Assembly: GCA_013416795.1 (NCBI GenBank)
Contig: RQSC01000757.1
Location: forward strand, 179,087-243,086
Direction of reading: 5' to 3'
DNA: 64,000 bases
Source of the DNA: Prasinococcaceae sp. CCMP 1430
Taxonomy: Eukaryota > Plantae > Prasinodermophyta
Shown: positions 23,683 to 35,374 of the stretch, one piece after another
How positions within the stretch are numbered: the first letter of the stretch is position 1
Layout: the number at the start of each line of letters is the position of its first letter
Made by a program: the position numbers and the translations under genes
Notes under the pieces: model-generated
What the model was told of the DNA's origin: nothing
What the model saw: the letters and a program-made list of their open reading frames with translations, nothing else
Database searches by the model: none

Positions 23683-23949
23683 CGGCGCGGCCACCGGCGA
23701 TGGCTTGCTGGGGCCTCATCGCCTTGACAGGGACAAATACACGCGCAATGCGCCGGCCGCGCTCGACCCCATGCTCCCGATAAGGTCGCCGCAGGTGGCC
23801 GAGGACGCCGTCGAGGCCGTGGACGCGACGCCAACGAGCACAGCGCACAGCTCAACGCCACGGCGTCCCTCGCACCACACGCGCGCGCCCTTTTTAATAC
23901 AACGATGATTTCATCCTTAGCAGCCGCGCGCGTCGCTGCTTGCTCGCCC

Positions 23950-25353
23950 TCACTCACAGCTGGCGCGAGTCTCTTCGGTCTTGGCGATGTCCTTGGGGAC
24001 TTTCCCCTCTGCGTTTGCGACCCCCTTGAGAGACGGGAACTCGCCCGCGAGGTAGGTGCACACATCCGCGCGCCCGTTCACGGCTGCGAGGTGCAGTGCA
24101 GTATTTCCACTCGCTTTGATGACGGCGTCTGCGCTGGCGCCGTGGGCGAGGAGGAGCGTGACGAGCTCGAGCTTGCCCCTCTGCGCGGCAAGGTGAAGTG
24201 GCCGCCAGCCACTGCCGTCTGCCGAGTCAGCGGAGGCGCCGTATTTGAGCAGCAGCTTCGCCAGCGCAACTTGGCCGCGGCGCGAGGCACTGTGCAATGG
24301 CGTCCCGCTCATGTCCTTGTTGGAGGCGTCGGCGTGCGCGCCTTTTGCAAGCAGCAGCTCGGCCATCTCCATGTCGCCGACATCGAGCGCGTAATGCAGC
24401 GCTGTCTTCCCGTCGAAGTCGGCCGCGTTGACATTGGCGCCTAGCGCGAGGAGGAGCTCCACCATCGGCGTGTCGCTCGCGTCCACAGCTGTGTGCAGTG
24501 GCGTGCGGTCGTCGTCCATGATGACGCCGTCGTCAGGGTCGGTCATCGCACGGTCGGCACCATCGCTGCCGCCGCCCCTCTTGACCAAGCTCCAGTTGCC
24601 CGTGGCGTACTCGGAGTTCGAGCGGCTCGGCATGTTCATGTCGGCGCCGGCTTCGACCAGAAGCCGCACGAGCTTGCGGTCACCAGATACGACGGCATGG
24701 TGCACTGGCGTGAAGCCGGAGAGGTCCTCCAGCTCGAGCGCCGCGCCGGACAGGAGCAGCGCCGTCACCGCGTCCGTTTTGCCGGCGGCCGCCGCGAGGG
24801 CGAGCGCTGACATTCCGGCTGTGTCGGTGCCGTCGACAGGTTTCCCCGCGGCGATCTCCTCCTGGAGCACGGCCACGTTACCGGCGGATGCGGCCTCGAG
24901 CATGCGTTTGGACGGCCCGCCGAGCATCTCGCGCACCACGTCGTCCTCAGCCATCTCGAAAGGCCTGAGGCCGCTCATGTCGATGACGTCCGGGTTGGCG
25001 CCCGCCTGGAGCAGCAGCGCGACGCACTCCCTGACGTTCCGCTTGCCGCGCGCCGCGAAGTGCAGCGGCACGGTTCCACGCCGATTGGGGAGGTTGGGGT
25101 CGGCGCCGACCTCGAGGAGCGCCCTAATGGCCTCCAGCTGGCCGTGGATGGACGCGATGTGGATGGCTGCCTGCCCCAGCTGGTTGCCCAGGTTAACGGG
25201 GTAGCCACTGGCGACGAGCATTTTGATGTCCTGAGTGTGAGTGTGTGCGCGAGCATGCATTCGCGCGCGCGCGTCAGCGCGGGGGAGCGCGAGCGCGCGT
25301 TCGTGCTCGCGCGCAAGCGCATGTGCATGCGCGTGCGCGCGCTGGAGCGCACG

Positions 25354-25391
<38 letters not shown>

Positions 25392-25517
25392 GTCGCGTGC
25401 GCGCGCGGGGAGCTCGCTTTTCACCTCTGCCTCATTGTCTCGCGCTAAGGTGAGCAGGCTACCAGGCCCGAAGTTGGCCGTCAGGCCCGACGTGGGCCGG
25501 CCCGCGGGCGCTGCCAT
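23950..25517 (-). CDS. ankyrin-repeat protein; exons 25425..25517 and 23950..25230
   Basis: About 8 ANK repeats (GQAAIHIAS, GTVPLHFAA, GFTPVHHAV, RTPLHTAV, GKTALHYAL, GTPLHSAS, GWRPLHLAA, GNTALHLAA); phase-0 GT-AG intron 25231..25424 containing a (GA)n tract. Confidence 0.88.
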
Positions 25518-25978
25518 CGCAGCGGCGGGCGCCCCCACAGGCCGCCCAGATTCCACGCCCGCGCCGGGTGGAGCGCACGCAGCGCGCAGATTCGCGCGGC
25601 GTGGTGGTGCGCCACGTCGGCGCGCAGCGCCGCGCGGACGCCGCCGAGACGCGCAGGCGGCCGCTGAGCGGCGCGAGCGCTGGCGCGGCTGGCGCGGAGC
25701 GGAGCCAGCCACAGTAGCACGCGGTAATACGGGAGCGAGCGCCGCGGCGCCGGCTCGTCACGTTCACGCACATTCGCCGGCGCGCTGGCGCGTGGCCCGG
25801 GCATGCGGCGTCTCGGACAGGTCAGCCCACTCGCCCACAGCGGCGCGCGCGTGCACGCCTGCTCGTGCCTGCAGCGCGGTGGCGAAGGGCTCAGCGAGCG
25901 GCGGCCAGGCAGGGGCACGAAGGGCCGTCCCAAGCTATGGTGAGGGTATTATGCTACTCTAGAGAGAGAGAGTTGTAG

Positions 25979-26863
25979 CTAGCTAGAGGGGGCTGCGGCA
26001 GGAGCCCGCGGGGCCCTGTGCTGTGCGCCGCGCGCCGCACGCGGGGTCAGCGCCGGCGGCGAGGGCACGCGCGGACGTCGAGCTGGGGGCGGCGCCGTCG
26101 CAGCTGCGCCGCGCGGGCGTGATGTGAGGCGGGCGGTAAGTGGTCTGCTCAGAGCCCGAGGGCGATCGCGACCAGCCATATCCGCATCTTGCTCTCGGCT
26201 GCTGTGGCACGGAGTTGTTCGCAGGAACGCGGGCGGGGAGGTTGGAGCCCGGCGCTGCTTTGCCGTGCGCGGCTGGCTGGCGCTCTCTCTAGACGCCCCG
26301 AGGTGTGTGTGTGGGTGTGGTGTGTGTGTGTGTGGTGGTGGGGGGGGAGCGCAGTGTGGCTGGGGGGTAAGGGCGAGCCTGCGCTACGTACCGTCCGCGA
26401 GCCGCGCGTCGCGCGCGCTGTCCGCGCCCACTCAGCCGCGCGTGCTGTCCGGGGCGATGCGGGAGAGGGAGGGAGCGCGAGGAGGGCACGTCAGCGCTCG
26501 CGCGGCGGAGCGCGGGCGAGCGCGCGGGCGCTCCGCGGGCTCAGACTGAAGACCGAAGTACGCGAAGTGAGTCGTCAGCGCCCCGAGGGGCTCGGACTCT
26601 TCCTATCATGATTGCGTATGTTTCATCAGCGCCCGGGGCGCTCTGTGCACGGGCCAGGGCGGCGCGCGCGCTCGGCGCGCTGCGCTGTCCCGCGGCGTGC
26701 GCGCGCCGCATCTATCCCTCACACGCACGCCCCTCTGCTAGCAGCGAGCGGCGCCGGCGTCGCGGCGACGCACCTTCATCTCACGCTCCTGCGACCGCTG
26801 CTGGAGGTCGAGCCCCGAGCGCTCGAGCGTGGCGCCGCCGAACGAGCCGTACTGCCCCGCCAT
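25979..26863 (-). CDS. putative small spliced gene and snoRNA host; tentative exons 26774..26863, 26392..26444, 25979..26288
   Basis: Exon 1 reads MAGQYGSFGGATLERSGLDLQQRSQEREMK followed by donor GTGCGT; branch-like GCTGAC plus pyrimidine tract before acceptor 26445; second donor GTACGT at 26391. The downstream reading frame is uncertain. Confidence 0.35.
26537..26634 (-). ncRNA. C/D box snoRNA with LSU rRNA guide (U49/snoR64 region)
   Basis: Minus strand reads GGGC-gc-TGATGA (C, 26623..26628) ... guide ATGATAGGAAGAG-t-CCGA (D', 26592..26595), hairpin GCCCC/GGGGC, TGACGA (C', 26572..26577) ... CTGA (D, 26541..26544)-GCCC terminal stem. The guide is antisense to the conserved LSU sequence CUCUUCCUAUCAU. 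Confidence 0.85.
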
Positions 26864-27140
26864 GGACGGCGGGCGGACCACCCTGTCGCCGTTGGCGGCG
26901 CACGCCGCCGCCGCGGCGCCCTGTGGCGGGCACACGCTGCCTCCAAGGAACAGGGGACTTTTTTCCCCAGATAATGGACCCCAACAACCGACCAAAATGC
27001 ATCATTTCTCAGTTTGTGAGAGACTTTTTTTTTTGCGGGGATGCGCGCGGTTCCCACCCCACTCAGCCGGGTGCGAGCGGGTGGTGGCACACAGGGCGCG
27101 CCCGGCGCGTCGCGGGGCACGGCTCCGTGGGAGGGGCTCA

Positions 27141-29052
27141 ATGGCGGAGGCGCGCGCGAAGGATGGCGGCGCGAAGACGGGCGGCAAGCGCGGCGGTGGC
27201 CTGCCGCGGCGGCGCACCGACGAGGGCATGGCGCTCCTGCGGCCGCAGCGCGCGCGCTTCATCGCGCCGATGCCGTTCCTCAGCTCGCTGCCGCCTGTGC
27301 CCGCCGAGCCCAAGCTCGTCAAGGTCGGCGCGGGCCCCCGCGAGCTACTCGAGTTCAAACCAAGCCTACTCGACGAGGCGCAGGCGTACAAGCTGCTCGT
27401 GCAGACCGATCTGGGCGCGCCGGTGCGTCGGCTGCGCCACCTAGTGCCCGTGTGGCCGGCGCCGTTCGCTTGGCGCTGGCACTCGCGTGGCTGCGCTCGT
27501 GGGCCGGGGCCGCGCGCGTGAGGGTACACGCGCAACACATCATTTGAGGCGCCGCGAATGCCTGCTGGCGCACCCGCCGTGCGCCCGTCTGTTCGCTTCG
27601 CCTCCCCGCACAGCGCGCGCGAGCCTGCCCCGCCCACGAGCATGCGGACGCGGCACTCCAATCCGCAACCCTAACAGACTGGGTGGGGCGACGCGCTGCT
27701 CGCCGGCGGGGCGGGGGCGCACGAGTCCACGCGACGGATGGCGATCCCGGGCGATCCGTCAAACGCGATGCCCTCTGCGCGCGCGCATGCCTACTGACAC
27801 GCGCGGGGCTTGTCCCTTCCCGCGGCCCACGGGCTCATTTCCAACTCCGCGAACTGCTGGCCACGCGCGTGCCGTCCAGGTCGACCTACTGCATCCGGAG
27901 ATGTATCGCATCCCTGAGGCGCCGCTGCCACTCGACCCGGCGGACGAGGCACTGCTCCGCGACGGCGATGGCGAGGAACACGGCCGGGGCAGCGCTAAGG
28001 CGCGCTCCGTCGCCGCGCTTCCGTGGCTGATGAACACTCAGTACATCTCAAACGATCTGTACACCAAGTCGACAGCGCCGGGTCTGTCGGAGAAGAAGGC
28101 GAAGCAGCTGCGCATGGACGCGCAGGGGGGGCCGGAGGGCGTGCCAGACCTGAGCGATAGGGACAAGCAGATTGTCGCGATCCAGGCGAGCTTCGATGCT
28201 GCAGCAAAGGCCCCCAAGCACGCGACCAAGCGTAGTGTCACCCCGGTCGAGGTCCTGCCTCTGCTGCCCGACTTCGAGCTCTGGGGCCATCAGTTCGTGC
28301 ACGTGCACTTCGACGCGGACCCGCTCGACAAAGTGCCCGCGCGTGTACTCGCGGCCGAGCGCGCCAAGATGGCGGCGGATGCGCTGCTCAAGCAGTACAC
28401 GGTGCAGGGCGAGGACGAGGAGGAGGAACAGAGAATCCTCGCGTACATGGTGCCCGCGCCGGCCAAGGCTGAGGCAGGCGAGAAGCGCGCCCGTGACGGC
28501 GACAATGGCACCGCCGGCGGCAGTGGCGCCGATGGTGAGGCAGAGGCCAAGCGCGCCAAGCGACAGGCACTTCTCGCTGCGGGCCTTCTAGACGACTCGG
28601 ACGAGGACGATGACGAGGAGGGGAAGGGCGGCGAGGCCGGCGGAGGGGGGGCCGCGGGGGGGGCGGCCGGCGAGCAGGGCAGCGGTGCCGGTGGCGAGGA
28701 GGGCGAGGGTTCGGGCTCTGGCGCTGTCGAGTACGCGTGGCTCACCGAGTACAGCAGCAAGCCTGTGCACCGCAAGAGCGACGAGAGCCTCAAGGAGCAG
28801 TACCTGGTCCGCAGCGTTGGGGGCTCGATCCGCTACTCGGATCTCAACACCACGCTCGAGCTCAAGGCTTCCTTCTCCAAGGCTGTGCGCGAGATCCGCC
28901 CGAGCTCCGTGCACGTCACGCGGACGGTTGTGGACGAGCAGAGGCGCGAGGAGCGCCTCGCGCTGCGCGACACGCTGCTCGCGGCCGGCGCGGCGAGCGC
29001 CGGTGTGAGCCCCGACGACGTCGCGCGCGCGGCGATCCCGGAGGCGCGGTAA
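27141..29052 (+). CDS. PAF1: RNA polymerase II-associated factor 1; exons 27141..27422 and 27880..29052
   Basis: SSLPPVPAEPKL...DLGAP|VDLLHPEMY...LDPADEALL...ALPWLMNTQYIS...HATKRSVTPVEVLPLLPDFELW matches the Paf1 family; phase-0 GT-AG intron of 457 nt. Confidence 0.9.
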
Positions 29053-29204
29053 AGCTCTCCGCCGGCGCACTTGGCCGGACTTGTACCACTCGTGGCCACG
29101 CACGGAAATGCACGCAGGGCGGGTGCACACTCGCTACACAAAAAATGTGATGTGTAGTTATGCGTGCCTGGCCTGCCGAGGCGAGCACCGAGCGCGCGCG
29201 CAGC

Positions 29205-30743
29205 TTAGGCCGCGACCTTGGACGATTCCTTGATGCCCTTGATGGCCTCGGCGTAGTCAGGCGCGTTGAAGACAGCCGAGCCAGCCACGATGGCGTTGGC
29301 GCCGGCGTCGATCACCTTGTAGGCGTTCGCCGGGCCGACACCGCCGTCGACCTCAATCCACGGGTCGACGCCCGCCTCGTCGCACATGGCACGGATCGTC
29401 TTGATCTTGTCGACCTGCGACTCGATGAAGCTCTGGCCGCCGAAGCCGGGGTTCACCGACATCACGAGGATGAGGTCGCACATGTCGAGGGCGTAGCGCA
29501 GGACCTCGGGGTCGGTGCCGGGGTTGAGCACGGCGCCCGCCTAAGAGTCCGCATGCGGCGGCGGGAGACGCGGGCGGGGGGCTGTCAGCATTCCGTCCGG
29601 CACGGCGCGAGCGCTGTGCGCGCACTCCCTCGTGCCCTCTCATGCACACGGGACGCGCGCACGGACGTGCACGCTCACGAACTCAACACGCGCCCTGTCG
29701 CCCGAGCAGTCGGCATGGCACACGGCGCGCGGTGGCATGAGGTGGCACCGGGCGCGCGACCATTCTCGTCGCCGCCGGCTTTCCCACGCACCTTGCAGCC
29801 GAGGTCCTTGATCTGGCCGAGCGTGCGGTGCAGGTGGATGGTGGAAGTGTGCTCGGCGTGCACCGAGATGATGTCGGCACCGGCCTTGGCGAAGTCGGCG
29901 ACGCGCTGCTCGGGCTCCACGATCATGAGGTGGCAGTCGAGCACCTTGTCGGTGACCGGGCGGAGGGCGTCGACAATCATCGGGCCGATGGTGATGTTGG
30001 GCACGAAGCGGCCGTCCATCACATCGATGTGGATCCAGTCGGCGCCGGCCTCGTCGACGGCCTTCACGTCGGCACCCAGGTTGGCGAAGTCGGCCGACAG
30101 GATCGAGGGCGACACAATGATGTCCTTCTTGGAGCACGCGTCCACCCTCGCGGTCGCCTTGGCGGCGACGCGGCGAGTGGAGCGCAGCGGCGCGGTGCGC
30201 GCGGCGACGCCTGTTCTCGCGCAGCGAAGAAGAGCGGGGTGGGGGCGCAGGCGACCGAGCGCGGAGCGAGTGTCAGCGACGCACCCTGCGGGGGCAGCGC
30301 CTGGCGGGGGTCGCGGGAGGGAAGCGTCTAGTACGTGCGGTGCTGTGCGATGAGACTTGGGTCTCCGGCGGGTGGCCTAGGACGCCTCGCCCGGCGCCGC
30401 CCCACGGCCGCTAGTGGATAGGGGTGGAACCGCTCCCGTCCACACAAGCGGAGCGGTACCGCTCTGCGCTCCGGTCGCGCGCACAGCCGCAGGTTTCGCA
30501 CATCCTCCCGCATACCCTTCCGCCGCATCACCCACAACGAAATCACTTGCGGAAAATTCCCGCGCGGCCCAAACGGCGCGCGCGGGTGCGCACGCGCGCG
30601 CGCGCGGCAGGGCGACGCGCGACGCTCTCTCTCCCTCCCCACACCCGCCCCGCACACGCGCGCCAGCGAGATCTCGCGCCTCCCCTTCGCGTCAAGCGCG
30701 CCGCGCGCGCGGACGCACCGGCGGACATCGAGAGGGCGGCCAT
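29205..30743 (-). CDS. RPE: chloroplast ribulose-phosphate 3-epimerase; exons 30719..30743, 29792..30210, 29205..29540
   Basis: [46 protein letters not shown]; the spliced N-terminus [31 protein letters not shown] is a typical transit peptide. Confidence 0.95.
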
Positions 30744-31063
30744 GGCGGCTGTCGGGGGGGGGGGGGAGAGGCACGCGGTGTGGCGGCGTGGGCCCCCGCG
30801 CGAGGTCCGGCGCGGCGGCCGGCAGCCGCCGCGTGGCGCGACGCCGGCCGCGGACGGACCCAGCCTCGATCGATCGATCGAATCGGCCGCGACCGGCGCC
30901 GACACCGAGCGACACCGACGACGAGCGAGCGTGGGAGGCATCCGCAGGCCCAGCCAGTCCCGAGTCCCGACACCTCGCGGCAAGCAAGATCCCAACCAAC
31001 ACCAACCCAGCCAACCACCAGCCACAGCCAGGCCATCCAAGCCGCGGCCTGCAATCTCGTGTG

Positions 31064-31092
31064 AAACCCTAATTTTCGTTTGGGTAGGGTTT
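31064..31092. promoter_or_regulatory. inverted pair of telo-box-like motifs in the divergent RPE/TatC promoter
   Basis: AAACCCTA at 31064..31071 and TAGGGTTT at 31085..31092, between ATG 30743 (-) and ATG 31141 (+). Confidence 0.45.
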
Positions 31093-31140
31093 ACAGTACG
31101 GATAGAGTACGACGTCTCGGCGCGGCGTCGGTCGGCTGGG

Positions 31141-32506
31141 ATGCGGATGCGGCGGGGGGTTTGGCGGGCGGCCGCCGTCGCGCCGGCTCGGGGCGGGGAA
31201 GGCCCGCGGCCGATCCGGGTTTTCTTGGCGGGGCTGCGCGGGGCGGGGGGCNCGAGGAGAGGGAGCGCCGGCGGCAGGGAGGGGACGCAGCGGCGGGAGA
31301 GGGAGGCCACGCCCAGCAGCAGACGCAGCAGCCGCACGGGGATGAAGAGCCGAGGGGCGAGACCACGCCCGAGGCCGAGGCCGAGAGCAAATCCGAGGCC
31401 GGGGGCCAGGGGGAAAAGACCGCGGCCGAGCCCGCGGCCGTGCCCGCGCCGCTGGCGGCGCGCGACGTCGCCCTGGGCGTGGAGGAGGAGGAGGACCGCA
31501 CCGCGCTGTCGAAGTTCCTCTTTCCAGACAAGGAGGAGCTCCCCGACGATGTTGAGATGTCTGTGTGGGATCACCTCGACGAGCTGCGCGAGCGCGTCAT
31601 CATCACCGCGCTCTTCTCAGTGCTCGCCATGGGCGGCTGCTTTGTGTTCGCCAAGCCGCTCATCGTCTTCCTGGAGGCGCCCGTGTTGACCACCGGCGTG
31701 CGCTTCCTTCAGCTGTCGCCGGGCGAGTTCTGTGCGTGCGCGTGCACGTGCGGCTTTCGCAACGCGCGAGGCGCGCGCGCGGCGCGCCTCGCTCCCCTCC
31801 CCCCCCCTTTCCCCCGGTCGCGCGCGCGCGCGCGCGCGCGCGACCTCGAGCGCGCGCGCGAGCGTCTGCGTGCCCGTGCCTGGCATTCTCTGACCGGTGG
31901 CTCGCCGCGCGGCGTCGCACGTCCGCCTCCTGTCCCGACCCGACTCTTGCCCGCTTTGGCCGGTCGCGCGCAGTCTTCACGAGCCTGAAGACCGCGGGCT
32001 ACTGCGGCATCCTGCTGGGCTCGCCCGTGATCCTGTACGAGGCGATCAGCTACATCGTGCCTGGGCTGACGGTGAAGGAGCGCCAGTTCCTGGGGCCGAT
32101 CGTGCTGGGATCGAGCGTGCTATTCTACGTCGGCGTGTGCTTCGCGTACGCCATCCTCACGCCCGCGGCGCTCAACTTCTTCATCAGCTACGCGGACGGC
32201 GCGGTCGAGTCTCTGTGGTCCATCGACCAGTACTTCGAGTTCGTCCTGGTGCTGCTCTTCTCGACGGGGCTGTCGTTCCAGGTGCCCGTCGTGCAGGTGT
32301 TGCTGGGCTCCACGGGTGTCGTGAGCTCGGAGACCATGCTCTCCGTTTGGCGCTACGTCATCGTGGGCGCCGTCACTGCCGCGGCGGTCCTCACCCCCAG
32401 CACCGACCCGCTCACGCAGTGCCTGCTCGCAGGGCCGCTCATCGGCCTGTACTTCGGCGGCGCCTACGCGGTCAAGGCGCTGGAGGCGCAGCGCGGGACG
32501 GCGTGA
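31141..32506 (+). CDS. tatC: chloroplast twin-arginine translocase TatC; intron 31732..31973; frame discontinuity at N31252
   Basis: [34 protein letters not shown]|[41 protein letters not shown]. The transit-like ATG 31141 is out of frame with the downstream part across the single N. Confidence 0.92.
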
Positions 32507-32636
32507 GCGCGAGGCACGCCAAAAAAATTGTTAATGAGACGCCCGCGGCGGTGGGCGATTTGTGTTCCGCGACGCCCGCTCGCGCCATGCGCGCGAAGGG
32601 CCGCGCGAGCCACGCCGACCCTGCGATGCGCCCTCG

Positions 32637-33569
32637 CTACGCCTCCTCGGCGGCGAGCTCCTTCATGAGCCGCCGCTTGCCGAGGCATAGCGCGACGCTG
32701 ACTGTGCCGGACCGGAGCGTCCCCTCCGGCAGCGCATTCGTGGCCAGCTTCACGCCTTCTGGGAGACGCGCCACCAGGTCGTCCAGCAGAAACTTCTGGC
32801 CGATGCGGCATTTCGACACGTCCAGCGTGACGTACGGCGGCAAGTCCTCAACCTTGCACGTGAGCTTGATCGTTTTCTCAACCACGTGGATGTAGGCGCC
32901 GCGCCGCAGCGTCAGGGAGTCCTCCTCGCCCAACAGACGCAGCGGGACGGGCTTGGTCACCACCAGGCCGTCGGGCGCGTGCATGAACTCCACGTTGCGG
33001 ATGCGGTCAGACCACGGTTCGCGGTCGACCCTCTGCACAAGCACGGGCAAGGTTTCCCGCGGAGCGTTGCTGTCGTCCTCAGGCGCCGGCGCGCTCGCGC
33101 CGGCGCGCGGGCCACCCACCGAGAGCATCACCCTGCGCGTCGTGATGCTCCTGAATCCCGCCGCGCGCTGCAGGTCATCCACGTCGCGCTGTAATAGCTC
33201 GAGATTTGTGTAGACGCCCTCGCCGCAGCCCGGCGGCGCGGCGCGCCCCCCCGCCCCGTACCCGAGGTACGCGGGCACCCATCCGAGCTCCTTCGCCTGC
33301 GCTGCGCGCCGCGAGCCCAGCCACTCGCGGCGCCGCGCCTGCACGAGCAACATGCAGCCGTCCTCGGTGCGGGCGTGCGCCCACGGCTCCTTGGCCGCCT
33401 TGCGCACGCCGTGGCCCGGCAGCATCTCAGCGAGCGGCGCCGTGCCCGCGGCAGCGCCGCGCCGCCCTAATCGCGAGCCAACCGCCGAGGCGCCCCACAT
33501 GGCGGCGGCAGGCGCGGCGGACACGCGTGCGGCCGCGGCCGCGGCCACCGCAGCCGTGCGCCTCAGCAT
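32637..33569 (-). CDS. organellar (probably mitochondrial) ribosomal protein bL25/TL5-like
   Basis: Presequence-like MLRRTAAVAAA...; L25 features (RRE.LGSR, GWVPA, VQRVDREPWSDRIRNVEF, PVPLRLLGEE, LPPYVTLDVSKCRIGQKF). Confidence 0.75.
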   Translation of the reverse strand: MLRRTAAVAAAAAARVSAAPAAAMWGASAVGSRLGRRGAAAGTAPLAEMLPGHGVRKAAKEPWAHARTEDGCMLLVQARRREWLGSRRAAQAKELGWVPAYLGYGAGGRAAPPGCGEGVYTNLELLQRDVDDLQRAAGFRSITTRRVMLSVGGPRAGASAPAPEDDSNAPRETLPVLVQRVDREPWSDRIRNVEFMHAPDGLVVTKPVPLRLLGEEDSLTLRRGAYIHVVEKTIKLTCKVEDLPPYVTLDVSKCRIGQKFLLDDLVARLPEGVKLATNALPEGTLRSGTVSVALCLGKRRLMKELAAEEA

Positions 33570-33871
33570 CGCTGCCAACAGCGACACCCACCCGACAGAA
33601 GTGAGAGTGAGGGTGGGGTGGTTGGGTGGGGCACCACCCCGCCGCCGCGCTCTGCGCGCGCGCTCTGGCTGGAGCAGGCAGGCCCCCGCATAGCCGAAAT
33701 CAGCAATGTATCCGCAGGGCATGCTCGCTGTAGGCCACAGCGTACGGGGCGCGCTGGAGGGGGGGGGGGGGATCGAGCTCATGCGCGCGGCTCCGCTGGC
33801 GAGGCGCGCCGTGGCGGCGGGCGCGTCAGCGGTGGCGTTTGCAGGGCGGGCGCCCGGCGCGCGCGCAAGCC

Positions 33872-34726
33872 ATGGCGGGCGCGGAGACGGCGGCGGCGGC
33901 GGCGGCGGGCGCGGGCACCAGCGCCAGCTTCCCTCCGCTTGTGGGCGAGCGCGCGCGCTTCGGCCCGTACGACATCGCGAGCACGCAGGTCTTCCACGTC
34001 ACGGAGCTCAGCTTCGCGCTCGTCAATCTGAAGCCCGTCGTGCCCGGCCACGTGCTCGTCGCGCCGCGCCGCGTTGAGGCGCGCTTCGCGGCGCTGCGAG
34101 CGGATGAGGTTGCGGACCTGTGGGCCACGGCGCAGCTCGTGGGAAAGGCCGTCGAGAGGCACTACGGAGCAGAGGCACTAACGGTGCGAGCGCTGCCGCG
34201 CGAGAGTGCTCGACCCGTGCGCGAGCGGCATGCGCGTGTTGCGCGGGCGGCCCGGCGAGCGCTCCGGCCGCATGCAGGGCAATGGACTGTCCGCGTCTAC
34301 CCCCATCCTGACTCCGAGAGGTCGTGCTGACCCTCCCTGCGAACGATTTGCCGCCGGCGCGTGACCGTGCGCGTGAGCCCACAGCTTGCCATCCAAGATG
34401 GCGCCGCTGCTGGCCAGACTGTGCCACACGTGCACGTGCATGTGTTGCCGAGGCGCCCCGGCGACTTCGAGCCAAACGACGAGGTCTACGATGCCATGGA
34501 CAAGGGCGAGGAGGGCCTCTCCAAGGTGAGCGTCGAATCGCCGCGGACGAGTGCACGGGGCTGCGGCGCCGACCCCGCTCGCGCTTGGCTGACCCCGGCG
34601 CGCTGCGCTCCTGCTTGCGCTCGCGCGCAGGCGCTGGATTCGGAGCGCAAGCCGCGCACCGAGGAGGAGATGGCGGCCGAGGCGCGCGAGCTGTGGCGAG
34701 CCATAGCGGAAGCGCGCGACGCATAG
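33872..34726 (+). CDS. FHIT: bis(5'-adenosyl)-triphosphatase, FHIT-type HIT protein; exons 33872..34183, 34385..34525, 34631..34726
   Basis: [34 protein letters not shown] (HIT motif), [10 protein letters not shown]; two phase-0 GT-AG introns. Confidence 0.92.
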
Positions 34727-34975
34727 GTGGCGTCAGGGCGTGCGTCGTCGAGGCGACTTCGCGTACGTCGCTGCGCGCGAACCACCGCACGCGCGCACGC
34801 TGTCACCGCGGGCAGCACGCTCTCGCCTGTGCCCGCATCCAGTAATAAGCACACGAGTCTTAGTGGTACAGTGTCCGTACAGGTGGCGAGCGCTGTTGCA
34901 GGTTGTCACTGCCGGTGCCTCCTAGCTGGAGGGTCCCGTGTGGGCAGCCAGCCGCACCCCCCGCCGGCGCGGGCA

Positions 34976-35374
34976 TCAATCCGACGGCTTGACGAGCGGT
35001 CCCCTCCCCTCGAAGCCGTCGACGCGCGCGCGCAGAAAGAGCGACTCTGCGCGCGCCTGGCGTAGGTCGCCCTTGGCGCGCCTCAGCGCGTCGACCTCCG
35101 CGAGGGATCGACCCTCAGCCTCATCCACAGCGCGGCGCAGCTCGAGGAGGTCGGCACTAGGCCCCGTCCCGTCGGCAGGGGCAGCAGTGACGGCAACCTC
35201 CACGCCAGCGCCATCAGCGCCCCCCTCGGCCCCACCGGAGGGCTCCGCTCGGCCCTCGTCCCCTTCCACCCTGGCAGCGACCTGCCTAGCCGCCACCGCC
35301 GCCGCCGCCGCGGCGAATGCGTCGGTGGGAGGAGAGTCCTCCAGCCCCCCGACTGCGGCGTGTGCGGACGACAT
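34976..35374 (-). CDS. hypothetical small coiled-coil protein (132 aa)
   Basis: ATG-initiated ORF with heptad-like C-terminal half (LLELRRAVDEAE...LRRAKGDLRQARAESLFLRARV). Confidence 0.55.
   Translation of the reverse strand: MSSAHAAVGGLEDSPPTDAFAAAAAAVAARQVAARVEGDEGRAEPSGGAEGGADGAGVEVAVTAAPADGTGPSADLLELRRAVDEAEGRSLAEVDALRRAKGDLRQARAESLFLRARVDGFEGRGPLVKPSD

Noticed and set aside
23672-23908. 78-aa ORF after SULTR
   Set aside because: No recognisable motif; begins inside the 117-bp duplication; cannot be supported as a gene.
31141-31260. Frameshift between the TatC transit peptide and mature region
   Set aside because: It coincides with a single N at 31252 beside a G run; most likely an assembly artefact, not programmed frameshifting.
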